The notes below the pieces were generated by a model. The model saw only the letters and a list, made by a program, of their open reading frames with translations, was not told where the DNA came from and made no database searches. A program made the position numbers and the translations under genes. A stretch of 61,354 nucleotides of DNA from a virus (Duplodnaviria > Caudoviricetes), in the IMG/VR virus record IMGVR_UViG_3300042545_000830, positions 1 through 61,354 of that record; one strand, written 5' to 3'. Every line of letters begins with the position of its first letter. Position 1 is the stretch's first letter. This document shows positions 17,673-27,894 of this stretch, piece after piece.

Positions 17673-20249
17673 ATGGGTTATCGCAATGTTTATTATAATG
17701 CCAAGGATGAATGTGTTCATCTTTGGACATGGGACGAAAATGGCAATAGAATCAAAACCGAAAGTAGTTTTGAGCCATTTTTATTAGTAGAATCACCAGA
17801 TGGTGTAGATGGCGTATCGGTATTTGATACAAAATTGAAAAAAATAAAGTTCAAGAATCAATTTGAAAGAAGTAAATTTTTAAATAGTACTACTATAACC
17901 AGAATATTTCATAATTTGAATGCGGAACAGCAATTCTTATTAGAAACATTTAAAAAAGATTCTGAAAAAGAAGATTTTAGCAAAAACAAGTTAAAGATTT
18001 TCTATATAGATATCGAGACATATGGTAGAGATGGGTTTTCTACACCAGAAGAGGCTAGAGATCCAATAAATCTTATTACAATATATGATTCTATATCAGA
18101 ACACTATTATACATGGGGTACTGGTGGATCATATACGTCTAAAAATTCAAATGAAACATACGTCAAGTGTTCAAATGAAGAAATTTTACTAAAAAAGTTT
18201 TTAGATTTTTGGGAATCGGATTATCCTGATGTTGTTAGTGGATGGAATATTTGTGGATATGATATTCCATATATTATAAATCGTTTGGCTATTATATTCG
18301 ATGATCAAGAGGCAAAACGATTGTCACCCGTGTCTAAATTGAGATTTGTTGAGAACCTGTCTCTAAACAAAATGGGAAAACGAATGGATAGATGGTATAT
18401 ATGCGGAATAAGCATTCTGGACTATATGGAAGTATATAAAACATTCTCTTTGGGTGACAGAGAATCATATAGTTTAAATTATATTTCTGATTATGAACTA
18501 GGTGATTCGAAAATTGCTTATGTTGCATCGTCTTTAGCCGATTTGGCGGATAATGATTGGAACACATTCGTTGATTATAATATTCAAGACGTAAAACTTC
18601 TAATTAAACTGGAAGACAAGTTAAAATTTTTGAAATTGGTAAGAAATCTTTCATATAGAGGATTCATACCATTTGAAAAATCAATGGGAAAGGTTTCTCT
18701 TATCACCGGAGCAGTTGCAAATCAAGCACAGAAGCAGGGTGTGTATATACCGACCTTTAATATTGAAAATGTTAAACAGAAATTTGCGGGTGGGTTTGTA
18801 ATGGAACCCAAACCGGGTCTGTACGAGGATGTCGTAACATACGATGCAAACAGTCTATACCCAAACACCATTATCACATTAAACATTTCACCAGAAACTA
18901 AAATTGGAAAAATTGTTAAGATTGATGATGAAAAATACACATTAAAATTATCTAATAATAAAAATGTAGTTTTGGAGAAAGAAAAATTTGATAAATTGGT
19001 GCAGAAAGAAAAATTATCAATATCAGAAGCTAATGTTTTATATACACAAAAGATCAAAGGTGTTGTTCCTAACTTGATTGATGGTTTATATCAAGAAAGA
19101 GTTGCAGCAAAAAACAAAATGGGAGATGCTGCTAAAAAGTTGAGTCTTACTAATGATAGTAAAGAGATAGAAAGATTAAAAGAAGAAATAAACGACAATG
19201 ATACATTGTCTAACGTGTATAAAGTAATCTTGAATTCCATATATGGCGTATTTTCACAAATATATTCTCCTCTTTTCGATATTGATCATGCAGAAAGTGT
19301 AACATTGACTGGTCAATCGGTTGTAAAAAAAGGTTCAGAGATAGTTTATGAATATTTAAAAACCAAAGGGTTTGATGGAGGATTAGAAGACGTTTGTGTA
19401 TATCAAGACACCGATAGTGAGTTCTTTTCATTTAAAAAATTCTTTGATAAGAATGGTGTATCATTAAAAGATGAAACCGGAAACATTTCTAAAGAAGCAC
19501 ATTCATTAATCGAAGAATTCGGAAAGGTTTTGAATGTAAAAATTAATGAATGGGCGGCTAATAAATTCAATTCGATAGATACTAGATATTTCTTCAAAAG
19601 AGAAAAGATATGTGATGTTGCAGTTTTGCAAAAAAAGAAATACTACATATTACATATATTGGATAGCGAAGGAACAAAGGTTGATAAATTTTTATACAAG
19701 GGAATTGAGGTTGCAAAATCTATTCTATCCAAAGAAATTAAAGATTTAATTAAAAAGATTATAGAATCCGCTATTATTTCTAAAAACAGAAAGGTTGCCA
19801 ATACATTATTCCAAAATGGGTTTGAAGAGTATTGTAATATGACACCAGAACTAATATCTTCTAGAAAAAAGGTTAATAATTACGAAAAGTATCTAAACAA
19901 TATGGAAAGTGATGGCAAATTTGGAAAAGGAACTCCTAATCATGTCAAGTCTGCTATTAACTATAATAAATTAATTGATATATTAAAAATAACAGATAGA
20001 TATCAACATATTTCTAGTGGGGAAAAGATAAAAACCATATATTGTTTGAAAAACAGTTTGGGATTTGACACATTAGCATTTCCTAATGATTTTCCTAAAG
20101 ACTTTTATCAATATATAAAGCCAGATTATAGAAAGATGTTTGAAAAAAATGTAATACCTCCTATTAGCAGAGTATTTCAAATTATTGGGTGGCCTTTACC
20201 CGCTATAGGATGCGAACATGTTACCGATTTAAACGATCTTTTTTCATAA
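17673..20249 (+). CDS. gp43: family B DNA polymerase (gp43)
   Basis: Exo DIET, GWN..GYDIPY, YNIQD; pol DANSLYP, KVILNSIYG, YQDTDS, KKKY. Confidence 0.95.
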   Translation: MGYRNVYYNAKDECVHLWTWDENGNRIKTESSFEPFLLVESPDGVDGVSVFDTKLKKIKFKNQFERSKFLNSTTITRIFHNLNAEQQFLLETFKKDSEKEDFSKNKLKIFYIDIETYGRDGFSTPEEARDPINLITIYDSISEHYYTWGTGGSYTSKNSNETYVKCSNEEILLKKFLDFWESDYPDVVSGWNICGYDIPYIINRLAIIFDDQEAKRLSPVSKLRFVENLSLNKMGKRMDRWYICGISILDYMEVYKTFSLGDRESYSLNYISDYELGDSKIAYVASSLADLADNDWNTFVDYNIQDVKLLIKLEDKLKFLKLVRNLSYRGFIPFEKSMGKVSLITGAVANQAQKQGVYIPTFNIENVKQKFAGGFVMEPKPGLYEDVVTYDANSLYPNTIITLNISPETKIGKIVKIDDEKYTLKLSNNKNVVLEKEKFDKLVQKEKLSISEANVLYTQKIKGVVPNLIDGLYQERVAAKNKMGDAAKKLSLTNDSKEIERLKEEINDNDTLSNVYKVILNSIYGVFSQIYSPLFDIDHAESVTLTGQSVVKKGSEIVYEYLKTKGFDGGLEDVCVYQDTDSEFFSFKKFFDKNGVSLKDETGNISKEAHSLIEEFGKVLNVKINEWAANKFNSIDTRYFFKREKICDVAVLQKKKYYILHILDSEGTKVDKFLYKGIEVAKSILSKEIKDLIKKIIESAIISKNRKVANTLFQNGFEEYCNMTPELISSRKKVNNYEKYLNNMESDGKFGKGTPNHVKSAINYNKLIDILKITDRYQHISSGEKIKTIYCLKNSLGFDTLAFPNDFPKDFYQYIKPDYRKMFEKNVIPPISRVFQIIGWPLPAIGCEHVTDLNDLFS

Positions 20250-20514
20250 AAAAAGATTTGAACGATTCCATAGATAATTGTCTTCTCAATTCTGCAAAAT
20301 GTGATGCTAATTCTTCATCGGTCAAAGGTTTTTCTTCTCTTTTAACAGATGGTATAGTATTAATTTCAGAATTAATTTCATTTAAACGACTATCAATATA
20401 TGATTCTAATTCAGAATCTGTCATTTCATTAAATAAATCATTATCAATAGATATTGGTAATGATTTATGTACCCATTCGTTTTTGGTTCTATCGTATCTA
20501 AAATCTTTTTTCAT
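20221..20514 (-). CDS. hypothetical protein
   Basis: 97-aa ORF preceded by ATAAATA 6 nt upstream of ATG. Confidence 0.55.
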   Translation of the reverse strand: MKKDFRYDRTKNEWVHKSLPISIDNDLFNEMTDSELESYIDSRLNEINSEINTIPSVKREEKPLTDEELASHFAELRRQLSMESFKSFFMKKDRLNR

Positions 20515-20532
20515 TTTTTATATTTATCATAG

Positions 20533-20560
20533 TTGACATTTTAATATATCATATTAATAT
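20533..20560 (+). promoter_or_regulatory. sigma70-type promoter
   Basis: TTGACA-N16-TAATAT, 8 nt before ATG 20569. Confidence 0.55.
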
Positions 20561-20568
20561 ATTAATAT

Positions 20569-20964
20569 ATGAGTAACACAACAGAAACAAACAACAACAC
20601 AACACCAATCATCTTCCTAGATGCAGTAGGAAGAACTATCATGGGAACTCCTGCATCATCTACTGATGATAACATTTTAAATGTTAATAATCCGGTAGTA
20701 ATCATGGTGGGTGGAGACAACTCTGGAAAAATGTCGGTTCAACTCTTTCCGTTGTTCTTTAGAGAATTTCTAGGAGATAAAAATTCCGATGTATGCTTTT
20801 CATATAAGAAGAACACGATTACCTTGAGTAATATCGAAGCAATTGACTTTAGATTGCAAGCCCAATACCTACAAATGTTCTCTAAGGCAAATTCTTTTGT
20901 CTCACCAGAACCGCAACAAGAACAAAAATCTGAACAAAAAGTGGTTAACTTATTCGATGAATGA
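20569..20964 (+). CDS. hypothetical protein (possible small beta-barrel, Sm-like)
   Basis: 131-aa ORF with own promoter and terminator; alternating hydrophobic beta pattern. Confidence 0.6.
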   Translation: MSNTTETNNNTTPIIFLDAVGRTIMGTPASSTDDNILNVNNPVVIMVGGDNSGKMSVQLFPLFFREFLGDKNSDVCFSYKKNTITLSNIEAIDFRLQAQYLQMFSKANSFVSPEPQQEQKSEQKVVNLFDE

Positions 20965-20987
20965 TGTTTAGTGTAAATATAGAAAAT

Positions 20988-21023
20988 AAAAACCCGAAAA
21001 GTCTTTGACTTTTCGGGTTTTTT
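20988..21023 (+). terminator. intrinsic terminator
   Basis: 16-bp perfect inverted repeat aaaaacccgaaaagtc-ttt-gacttttcgggttttt ending in a T run. Confidence 0.8.
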
Positions 21024-21032
21024 CTTTATACT
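21005..21032 (+). promoter_or_regulatory. sigma70-type promoter for uvsX, overlapping the terminator
   Basis: TTGACT-N16-TATACT, 8 nt before ATG 21041. Confidence 0.55.
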
Positions 21033-21040
21033 AAAAACAT

Positions 21041-22153
21041 ATGGCTAAAACTAAAAAAGAAAACACAGAAGAACAAGAAGTAACCGGAACAATCGAAGAA
21101 GCATTTAAGATTTTAGATGATTTAAATCCAGAAGCTTCTTTTTTGGATGAAAATAGTTTATCAACAGTAAAAGATTGGATTGATACTGGATCAATGGCAC
21201 TAAATGCAATTATTTCTGGTTCTTTGTATGGTGGAATTCCAATGGGTAGACTTTCTGGATTTATCGGACCAGAATCTTGTGGAAAAACATTAATCGCAAA
21301 TAAGATTATGGCAAATGCACAGAAAAAGGGAATGCACGTTGCATATTTTGATACGGAGGGAGCATTAGACGAAGATACTGCAAAAAGATTGGGTTGTGAT
21401 CCTTCAAAAATTAAACATGCACCAACAGAATTGACCGAACAATGTAGAAATCAAATTGTGAAGTTCTTGGATACTGTTATTGAAAAGAAATTACAAGGAA
21501 AAGTATTAATTGTTATCGATTCACTCGGAAATCTTATTACAACACAGGAAAAAAAGAAGATCGATGAAGGTAGCGATACACCAGACATGGGAAATAGAGC
21601 AAAAGCATTGAAGAGTATGATGAGAGCAATTACACATTCTGCTGCAAAGGCAAATTGTCCTATCGTTTTTACTAATCATATTTACGATGATCCATCACAG
21701 TTGCATCCAACAGCTATTAAAAAGCAAGCAGGAGGATCTGGTCCACTTTATATGGCATCTGTCATTGTTCAAATGGCAAAAAAGATAGAAAGAGCCAGTG
21801 ATAGTAAGAATAAAGATTCTAACGAGACAACAACATCATTAGCAAAGGATATTAATGGATTGACATTGCGAGCATTTACAACAAAAAATCGATTCGTTGT
21901 TCCATTTCTTGAGACTGAGATGTATTTGAACTTCAAAACAGGTTTAAACAAGTATTCTGGACTCCTTGAAATGGCAGAAGGATATGGTGTTTTGGAGAAA
22001 CAAGGTCATCGATATGCATTGAATGGAGAAGTATTAGGGTTCTTTAAAGAATTTAAAGATAATCCAGAAGTTTGGGATAAGATACTTCCATTATTGGAAG
22101 CCAAACTTGTTAATGAGTTGTCATTTAAAAACGAAAAGACCGAAACACTCTAA
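21041..22153 (+). CDS. uvsX: UvsX/RecA-like recombinase
   Basis: IDTGS..LN, GPESCGKT, FDTEGA, VIDSLGNL, FTNH, KNRF. Confidence 0.92.
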   Translation: MAKTKKENTEEQEVTGTIEEAFKILDDLNPEASFLDENSLSTVKDWIDTGSMALNAIISGSLYGGIPMGRLSGFIGPESCGKTLIANKIMANAQKKGMHVAYFDTEGALDEDTAKRLGCDPSKIKHAPTELTEQCRNQIVKFLDTVIEKKLQGKVLIVIDSLGNLITTQEKKKIDEGSDTPDMGNRAKALKSMMRAITHSAAKANCPIVFTNHIYDDPSQLHPTAIKKQAGGSGPLYMASVIVQMAKKIERASDSKNKDSNETTTSLAKDINGLTLRAFTTKNRFVVPFLETEMYLNFKTGLNKYSGLLEMAEGYGVLEKQGHRYALNGEVLGFFKEFKDNPEVWDKILPLLEAKLVNELSFKNEKTETL

Positions 22154-22160
22154 TTTTTAA

Positions 22161-23561
22161 ATGTTAAAACAACTTCCTCTTGATTTAGAGTTATATGAAA
22201 ACATTGTAATATACAATGCATTGATGGATCAAGGATATTTAGAGACGATTATTCATTATGTTAAGCCCACATTCTTTAAAAATAAAAATTTAAGGACAGT
22301 TTATGAGTCTATATCGTCTTATTATTCCGAATACAAGAAAGTACCAAATATAACAGAGTTAAAAACACACTTGGTAGATCAAGATAAAAGGGATTCTCTT
22401 AAAGAAACCATTTTATCATTCAAGAATATTGATAAAAAATATGATAAAGATGTTTTATTAAAAAATACCGAACGATTTATTAAAGAAAAGTCGGTACTCA
22501 ATACTGTTTTAAAGACTTCTCTTGATATACAAACTGGTAGTATCAACCCATCAAAGATATTGAAGGAGTTTGAGAGTGCCTGTAACATATCATTGATTGA
22601 TAATAATGGTTTTGATTATCTGGAATCGATTGATAAGCATTGTGAAGATCTACAACAGGTTTTTAATGTCATTCCAACAGGTTGGAAATGGCTTGATGAA
22701 AAGTTTGGTGGTGGATTAATGGCAGAAGGTAGAGCATTATATGTTTTCTTTGGTGTTACTAACGTAGGAAAATCTATATTTCTAGGTAATATGGCAACAA
22801 ATCTTTTAAATCAAGACAAAACAGTTGTATTAATTTCGTTAGAAATGCCAGAACAGATATATGCAAAAAGAATAAGTTCTCAATTATCAAAAATACCATT
22901 CTGTGATTTGAAATTACAGACAGATTCTTTAAAAAAACATCTAAATCAATATAAGGTTACGAATAAAAACTCTAAATTAATAATTAAAGAGTTTCCTCCT
23001 AAAACAGTAAGTCCATTACACATTAAAGCATATCTAGAAAAATTGGTTCGTAGTGGAATTAAGCCAGATGCTATTGTAATAGATTACCTAAACCTAATTG
23101 CACCCAGTAACACGGGTCTGGATTCATACGAATCTGTTAAACAAATAACCGAAGAGATTAGGGCATTGTCATATACATTCAGTTGCCCTATTATTTCTGC
23201 AACACAAGCAAATAGAAGTGCTTTTTCTACTCCAAATCCAGATATGGATATGACAAGCGAATCCATGGGTCTGTCACATACGGTAGATGCACAGATTTCT
23301 ATTTGGACAGAGAAGGAAGATTTTGAATTGGGTATTATTCACATGGGAATTGTCAAAAATCGATTCGGTCCAAGACAATGCCATACTGTTTTAGAGATAG
23401 ATTACGATACTCTCTCATTAAAAGATCCCGATGATGTAGCAAAATCATTCTCTGTTAAAACTCCAAAGAAACAAAACATGTCAATAGATGGAGAATTGAG
23501 TGGTTCTGTAGTTAATACATTAGATTTGATAGAAAGTTTGAGTTTAGATGATGAAAATTAG
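22161..23561 (+). CDS. gp41: replicative DnaB-like helicase (gp41)
   Basis: GVTNVGKS, SLEMPE, IIKEFP, VIDYLNL, SATQANR, SESMG, KNRFG. Confidence 0.92.
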   Translation: MLKQLPLDLELYENIVIYNALMDQGYLETIIHYVKPTFFKNKNLRTVYESISSYYSEYKKVPNITELKTHLVDQDKRDSLKETILSFKNIDKKYDKDVLLKNTERFIKEKSVLNTVLKTSLDIQTGSINPSKILKEFESACNISLIDNNGFDYLESIDKHCEDLQQVFNVIPTGWKWLDEKFGGGLMAEGRALYVFFGVTNVGKSIFLGNMATNLLNQDKTVVLISLEMPEQIYAKRISSQLSKIPFCDLKLQTDSLKKHLNQYKVTNKNSKLIIKEFPPKTVSPLHIKAYLEKLVRSGIKPDAIVIDYLNLIAPSNTGLDSYESVKQITEEIRALSYTFSCPIISATQANRSAFSTPNPDMDMTSESMGLSHTVDAQISIWTEKEDFELGIIHMGIVKNRFGPRQCHTVLEIDYDTLSLKDPDDVAKSFSVKTPKKQNMSIDGELSGSVVNTLDLIESLSLDDEN

Positions 23562-23583
23562 ACATATGTGATTAAATAGTGAT

Positions 23584-24474
23584 ATGTCAAATGACACATA
23601 TCATGTTTTTACACATAAAGATTTAGATGGTGCGGTTAGTTTATTGACCTTTTTATGGTCTAAACCAAATGATACTGTTTTATTCCATGAAATAACAAAT
23701 CTAGAAATAGATAAAATAAAACAGAACATAAAAAGATTATCAAATCCCAAAAATGTTTATATATTTGATTTGTCATTAAGACAAAATTTTTTACCAGAGT
23801 TAGATGAATCGTTTATAACCATAGTAGATCATCATAAACGCTCAGAAGATTTTTTAAAATTGTTTAAAAAATCAAAAATACTATACAAAGAGTATTCTTC
23901 GAATTGTCTTTTAATAAAAAGGTTAATGTGTGATGATAAAATTGAATTAACCCCATCACAAAAAAAACTTATAGCATTAACCGATGACTATGATTCAAAT
24001 ACTATGAGTTTTAAAGAATCTTATGATTTAAATATTCTGTTTTGGATGGAATATAAAGACAATTTCCCCAAATTTATTGAAGATTATAAAAATGGTTACA
24101 AAGAACCATCTCCGGAACAGAAAAAAAAGATAGATATAGCAAAAGCTTTAGCAAATAAGGAAGCATCAAACGTTCAAATATACAAGGGAACTCTTAATAT
24201 AAAAGGAATCACAAAAACCACTATAGGAATACAGGTAAATTATTTCAATTCCCTAATGTTGGATGCTGTTATGAAAAAATATGATTCCGATTTATACTTT
24301 TTCATAAATACAAAATCAAATAAAGTAAATATAAGACAAAAAAAATCAGATAGTTGTATAGATCTACAAAAATTTTGTGAGAAATTTTGTGATGGTGGTG
24401 GAAATACATATTCTGCATCTGGAACATTGACACCTTTGTTTATGGAATTGACAAAAAATTTAAAACCATTATGA
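23584..24474 (+). CDS. DHH family phosphoesterase
   Basis: THKDLDG, IFDLS, VDHH, DDYD, C-terminal GGGN..SASG (DHHA1-like). Confidence 0.8.
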   Translation: MSNDTYHVFTHKDLDGAVSLLTFLWSKPNDTVLFHEITNLEIDKIKQNIKRLSNPKNVYIFDLSLRQNFLPELDESFITIVDHHKRSEDFLKLFKKSKILYKEYSSNCLLIKRLMCDDKIELTPSQKKLIALTDDYDSNTMSFKESYDLNILFWMEYKDNFPKFIEDYKNGYKEPSPEQKKKIDIAKALANKEASNVQIYKGTLNIKGITKTTIGIQVNYFNSLMLDAVMKKYDSDLYFFINTKSNKVNIRQKKSDSCIDLQKFCEKFCDGGGNTYSASGTLTPLFMELTKNLKPL

Positions 24475-24776
24475 TAATAACATCATCTCAACAACTAGAA
24501 GAAAGATCAAACCCTTCCGATGCATTAAATCTTGAAGAATTTGAAGATATAACATTAAAATTTGGATCATTTGTTTGCATTTCGAAAGGAAAAAAATTAA
24601 ATTACTTGAATCTTTTAAAATTTTTAGTTGATGATGCAAAAACACAAAATATATATTTCCATCTATTAAATGAAGACAATTTACAAACTATAATAACCGC
24701 ATATTTAAAATCAACACCAAACGTATACAAAAAAATATTCAGATCAAAATTAAATCCAAAAAATAAAAAAACTTGA
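24471..24776 (+). CDS. hypothetical protein (gp33 syntenic position)
   Basis: 101-aa ORF coupled to neighbours; function suggested by position only. Confidence 0.55.
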   Translation: MIITSSQQLEERSNPSDALNLEEFEDITLKFGSFVCISKGKKLNYLNLLKFLVDDAKTQNIYFHLLNEDNLQTIITAYLKSTPNVYKKIFRSKLNPKNKKT

Positions 24777-25444
24777 ACGATTTACAAAAAAATATATACA
24801 ACTGCTATTTAAAAAATTCTAGATATGGTAAACCTTTTCAACCAAGAAAAGATTTTTCTGACATTTCAGAGGAAATTTTAATATATCTAAAAAAACTGGA
24901 ATTGTTTTTTCAAAAATATTCTCATATTAGAATAGAAGAATATTTCGAAGCACCAAATATCCTTCACCCTGACGAAAAATACCCAACTCTACAGTATTTT
25001 TTTACTAGATGTGCTATAAAAACATATAAAACATATAAAGATTTAAAAGAAGACGAAAATCCGGAAAATCAAATTGATAAAATCAAGGAAAGTATTCTTT
25101 TTATCGGAAAATTTTGTTTAGAACACAATTTGGAATTAAAAAAATATATAAATCATAGAAATGGTTACATGTATTCTTGGATAAATCATTATAGGGAAAA
25201 TAAAGTGAATCCATATTCACTGATGGAACTTGGAAACTTTGAAAAAGTACTTTTTTCTTTGTTAGAAGAAGAACAAGATATATATGCCAGCAATTTGGTG
25301 GAAAAGATTGAATCTTTTAAAGTTAGATATCACAATTCACAAAAAACAAAAAATTTAGTAAAAGAAGCCACAAAAAAAATTGAAAATTTCGTAAAAGAAA
25401 GCTTGCAAAACAAAATACACAGTGCTAATATTAAAACCGTATGA
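24773..25444 (+). CDS. hypothetical protein, possible helicase loader (gp59 position)
   Basis: 223 aa, helical, directly upstream of gp32; TTG start. Confidence 0.5.
   Translation: MNDLQKNIYNCYLKNSRYGKPFQPRKDFSDISEEILIYLKKLELFFQKYSHIRIEEYFEAPNILHPDEKYPTLQYFFTRCAIKTYKTYKDLKEDENPENQIDKIKESILFIGKFCLEHNLELKKYINHRNGYMYSWINHYRENKVNPYSLMELGNFEKVLFSLLEEEQDIYASNLVEKIESFKVRYHNSQKTKNLVKEATKKIENFVKESLQNKIHSANIKTV
25403..25431 (+). promoter_or_regulatory. sigma70-type promoter for gp32
   Basis: TTGCAA-N17-(TGc)TAATAT, 9 nt before ATG 25441. Confidence 0.5.
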
Positions 25445-26298
25445 GTAAATACACAACATCACTATTCGAGTCTATCAAAGACGCGATCAACAAAAACAAT
25501 AACACAACATCAGAAAGTTCCTTCAAGGATTTTATGAAGTTGGAAATCGACAAGACTTACATTGTAAGACTTGTTCCACTAGTAACCAATCCAGAAAGGA
25601 CTTTCTTCCATTATTACAGTCATACATGGAAGAGTGTTACGAGTAACAATATCGTATCGGTATTGTGTCCGAACACCTATGGAGAAAAATGCCCAATTGA
25701 CGAATATCGCTCAAAGGTTTATTCTTCCAAGAATGATTCAGAGATCGAGCGCATTCGACCAATCAAGAGGAACGAAAACTGGCTCGTCAATGTGTTGGTA
25801 ATTAAAGATCCAACCAATCCAGAGAATCAAGGTAAGGTAAAGATTCTTCGCTATGGAAAGCAATTGGCAAAGATTATCGATTCGGCTATCACCGGAGACG
25901 ATGCTGATGAATTTGGAGCAAAGGTTTTTGACCTTTCCGATAAAGGATGCAGTCTCAAGATCAAGGTAGAAAAGAATGAGGGTGGATATGCAACATATGT
26001 TGGTTCCAAGTTCATGTCACCATCTAAGGTTGAAGGTATTGATGATTTAGATGAGGTATACAACTCTGCTAACGATCTAGATTCTATTTTTGATCATAAG
26101 TCTTATGATGATATCAAGAAACTCTTGAATACTCATTTCTTGGGTCAATCAGAAGAAGTTAAAAATACCGAAACGGTAACAGAAGAAGAAAACTTTGACA
26201 GCTATGCTGAAATTGTTTCAACTGCTGGAAAAACATCTTCGTCATCTGAAGAATCTGATGAAGATAAGAAAATGCAGGAGATTTTGAACGATCTATAA
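25441..26298 (+). CDS. gp32: single-stranded DNA-binding protein (gp32)
   Basis: VRLVP, H..CP.TYGEKCPI, NVLVIKDPTNPENQGKVKILRYGK, acidic C-tail. Confidence 0.88.
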   Translation: MSKYTTSLFESIKDAINKNNNTTSESSFKDFMKLEIDKTYIVRLVPLVTNPERTFFHYYSHTWKSVTSNNIVSVLCPNTYGEKCPIDEYRSKVYSSKNDSEIERIRPIKRNENWLVNVLVIKDPTNPENQGKVKILRYGKQLAKIIDSAITGDDADEFGAKVFDLSDKGCSLKIKVEKNEGGYATYVGSKFMSPSKVEGIDDLDEVYNSANDLDSIFDHKSYDDIKKLLNTHFLGQSEEVKNTETVTEEENFDSYAEIVSTAGKTSSSSEESDEDKKMQEILNDL

Positions 26299-26299
26299 T

Positions 26300-26803
26300 A
26301 TGGATTCCAAAGAAGATGCACTAGAAGCTGCTAAATTAGCAAAAGCTATTAGTTCACAATTGGGATTAATTGATAAATTATCAGTAGATAGACCGGAAAG
26401 ACCAGCTAATCAGATAGATATTAATAGTTTTATCTCAAGAGTTGTAAATCCTTCTCGTCAAATGAATAATAGTTCCTCTGGATATGTTCCAGAGGAACTA
26501 GTTCAGTCTCTAGTTCCAGAACCTAAATACACTTTTGAGCAACCTTTTCAAAATACTAATCAAGTACAACAGAATAATAATCAAATTCAAGAAAATCAAA
26601 TTCCTTTGATTATTCCTAATACAAAAAAGCAAAATATTGTAAAAAATCAAATATCAGAACCTACCAATTTGAATATAGACGATAAAACTATTAAAAAAAT
26701 TGTAAATTCACTAGAAAGAATTGCGAAAAGTTATGAGAAATATGTTGATTGTTACGTTGAATGTAATACAATCAAAAAAGAAAACAATATTTTAAATGGA
26801 TAA
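26300..26803 (+). CDS. hypothetical protein
   Basis: 167-aa Q/N-rich ORF between gp32 and gp45. Confidence 0.6.
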   Translation: MDSKEDALEAAKLAKAISSQLGLIDKLSVDRPERPANQIDINSFISRVVNPSRQMNNSSSGYVPEELVQSLVPEPKYTFEQPFQNTNQVQQNNNQIQENQIPLIIPNTKKQNIVKNQISEPTNLNIDDKTIKKIVNSLERIAKSYEKYVDCYVECNTIKKENNILNG

Positions 26804-27548
26804 CAATATTTTACCCGTACCTAAAACAATATTAGAAAAAATACTCAAGCCTGTTAGTAAATTAACCGAGAGTTGTATATTAAAAATCTGTAAAGATGAT
26901 TTATATACAGTTTGTACCCCCTCTGATAATTCTTTGATACTATATGCAAAGACAAAACTGCCATTTGAGGTTGAAGATTCAAAATTGAATATTATTAACA
27001 TCAAAAAGTTTCTAACAGGACTTGATTGTTTGGGTGACGATGGTGAATTTTCCATAGTTCTAAATTCTAATAATATAGAATGTAGAAGTAAAGATGTTAA
27101 TACCGGAGATAATACATATTTTAAATACCATCTAATGGATGATGGTATTATAAAAGAATCTACTGTAAATGTTCAAAAAATTTCTAGGTTAAATTTCGAT
27201 ACAGAGTTTGAAATAAAACTAGAAAAGGTTAAAAAAATTGTAAGCGCATATTCCTTTGTTGATGTTACAAAAATTTATTTTTTCACCGAAAATGGTAAGA
27301 TAAATTGCGAGATCAATGACAGAACAATGCAAAATGTAGATAATATGTCTATGGTTTTATCTGAAAATGTTATTGGAGAAGAAATAGTTCGTCCAATACC
27401 TGTTAATATCGAGGTTTTTAAAAATTTAATATCCAGTAAAACAAATATAAAGGTGAAATTGAATAACGAATATAAGGTATTTGTATTTCAAACACAAGAA
27501 GATGAAAATGTAGAGTTGAAATATATTGTTTCTGCACTTGTCAAATAA
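26796..27548 (+). CDS. gp45: sliding clamp (gp45/PCNA-like)
   Basis: 250 aa, two-domain alpha/beta pattern, C-terminal LKYIVSAL, replication context. Confidence 0.7.
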   Translation: MDNNILPVPKTILEKILKPVSKLTESCILKICKDDLYTVCTPSDNSLILYAKTKLPFEVEDSKLNIINIKKFLTGLDCLGDDGEFSIVLNSNNIECRSKDVNTGDNTYFKYHLMDDGIIKESTVNVQKISRLNFDTEFEIKLEKVKKIVSAYSFVDVTKIYFFTENGKINCEINDRTMQNVDNMSMVLSENVIGEEIVRPIPVNIEVFKNLISSKTNIKVKLNNEYKVFVFQTQEDENVELKYIVSALVK

Positions 27549-27572
27549 GATATACTAGGTAAGTTTTTATAT

Positions 27573-27893
27573 ATGGCTAATAATAAAATAACAACCATGA
27601 GTTACTTTATCAAAAGATTACGAGATAGTGGATATATCGCTGATAAGGTTTTCAATGAATATTCGAAAAATGATCCTAGATGTTGGACAGCTGTAGTTGA
27701 CCCAAAGGGAGCAACTATAATGATAACATATTTCAATAATCACAATTATTTGGGTGAAGAGTATTTTAGTATTAGTGATGGTGGTCAGTTTTTTCCAGAA
27801 AACTTCAAACTACAAACAAGTTCTATTGAAGTTGTGATCGAATATTTGGTGAAATTTGGAATCAATAACAAGTCTGAAACATATAACGACTAA
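27573..27893 (+). CDS. hypothetical protein
   Basis: 106-aa ORF. Confidence 0.65.
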   Translation: MANNKITTMSYFIKRLRDSGYIADKVFNEYSKNDPRCWTAVVDPKGATIMITYFNNHNYLGEEYFSISDGGQFFPENFKLQTSSIEVVIEYLVKFGINNKSETYND

Positions 27894-27894
27894 T

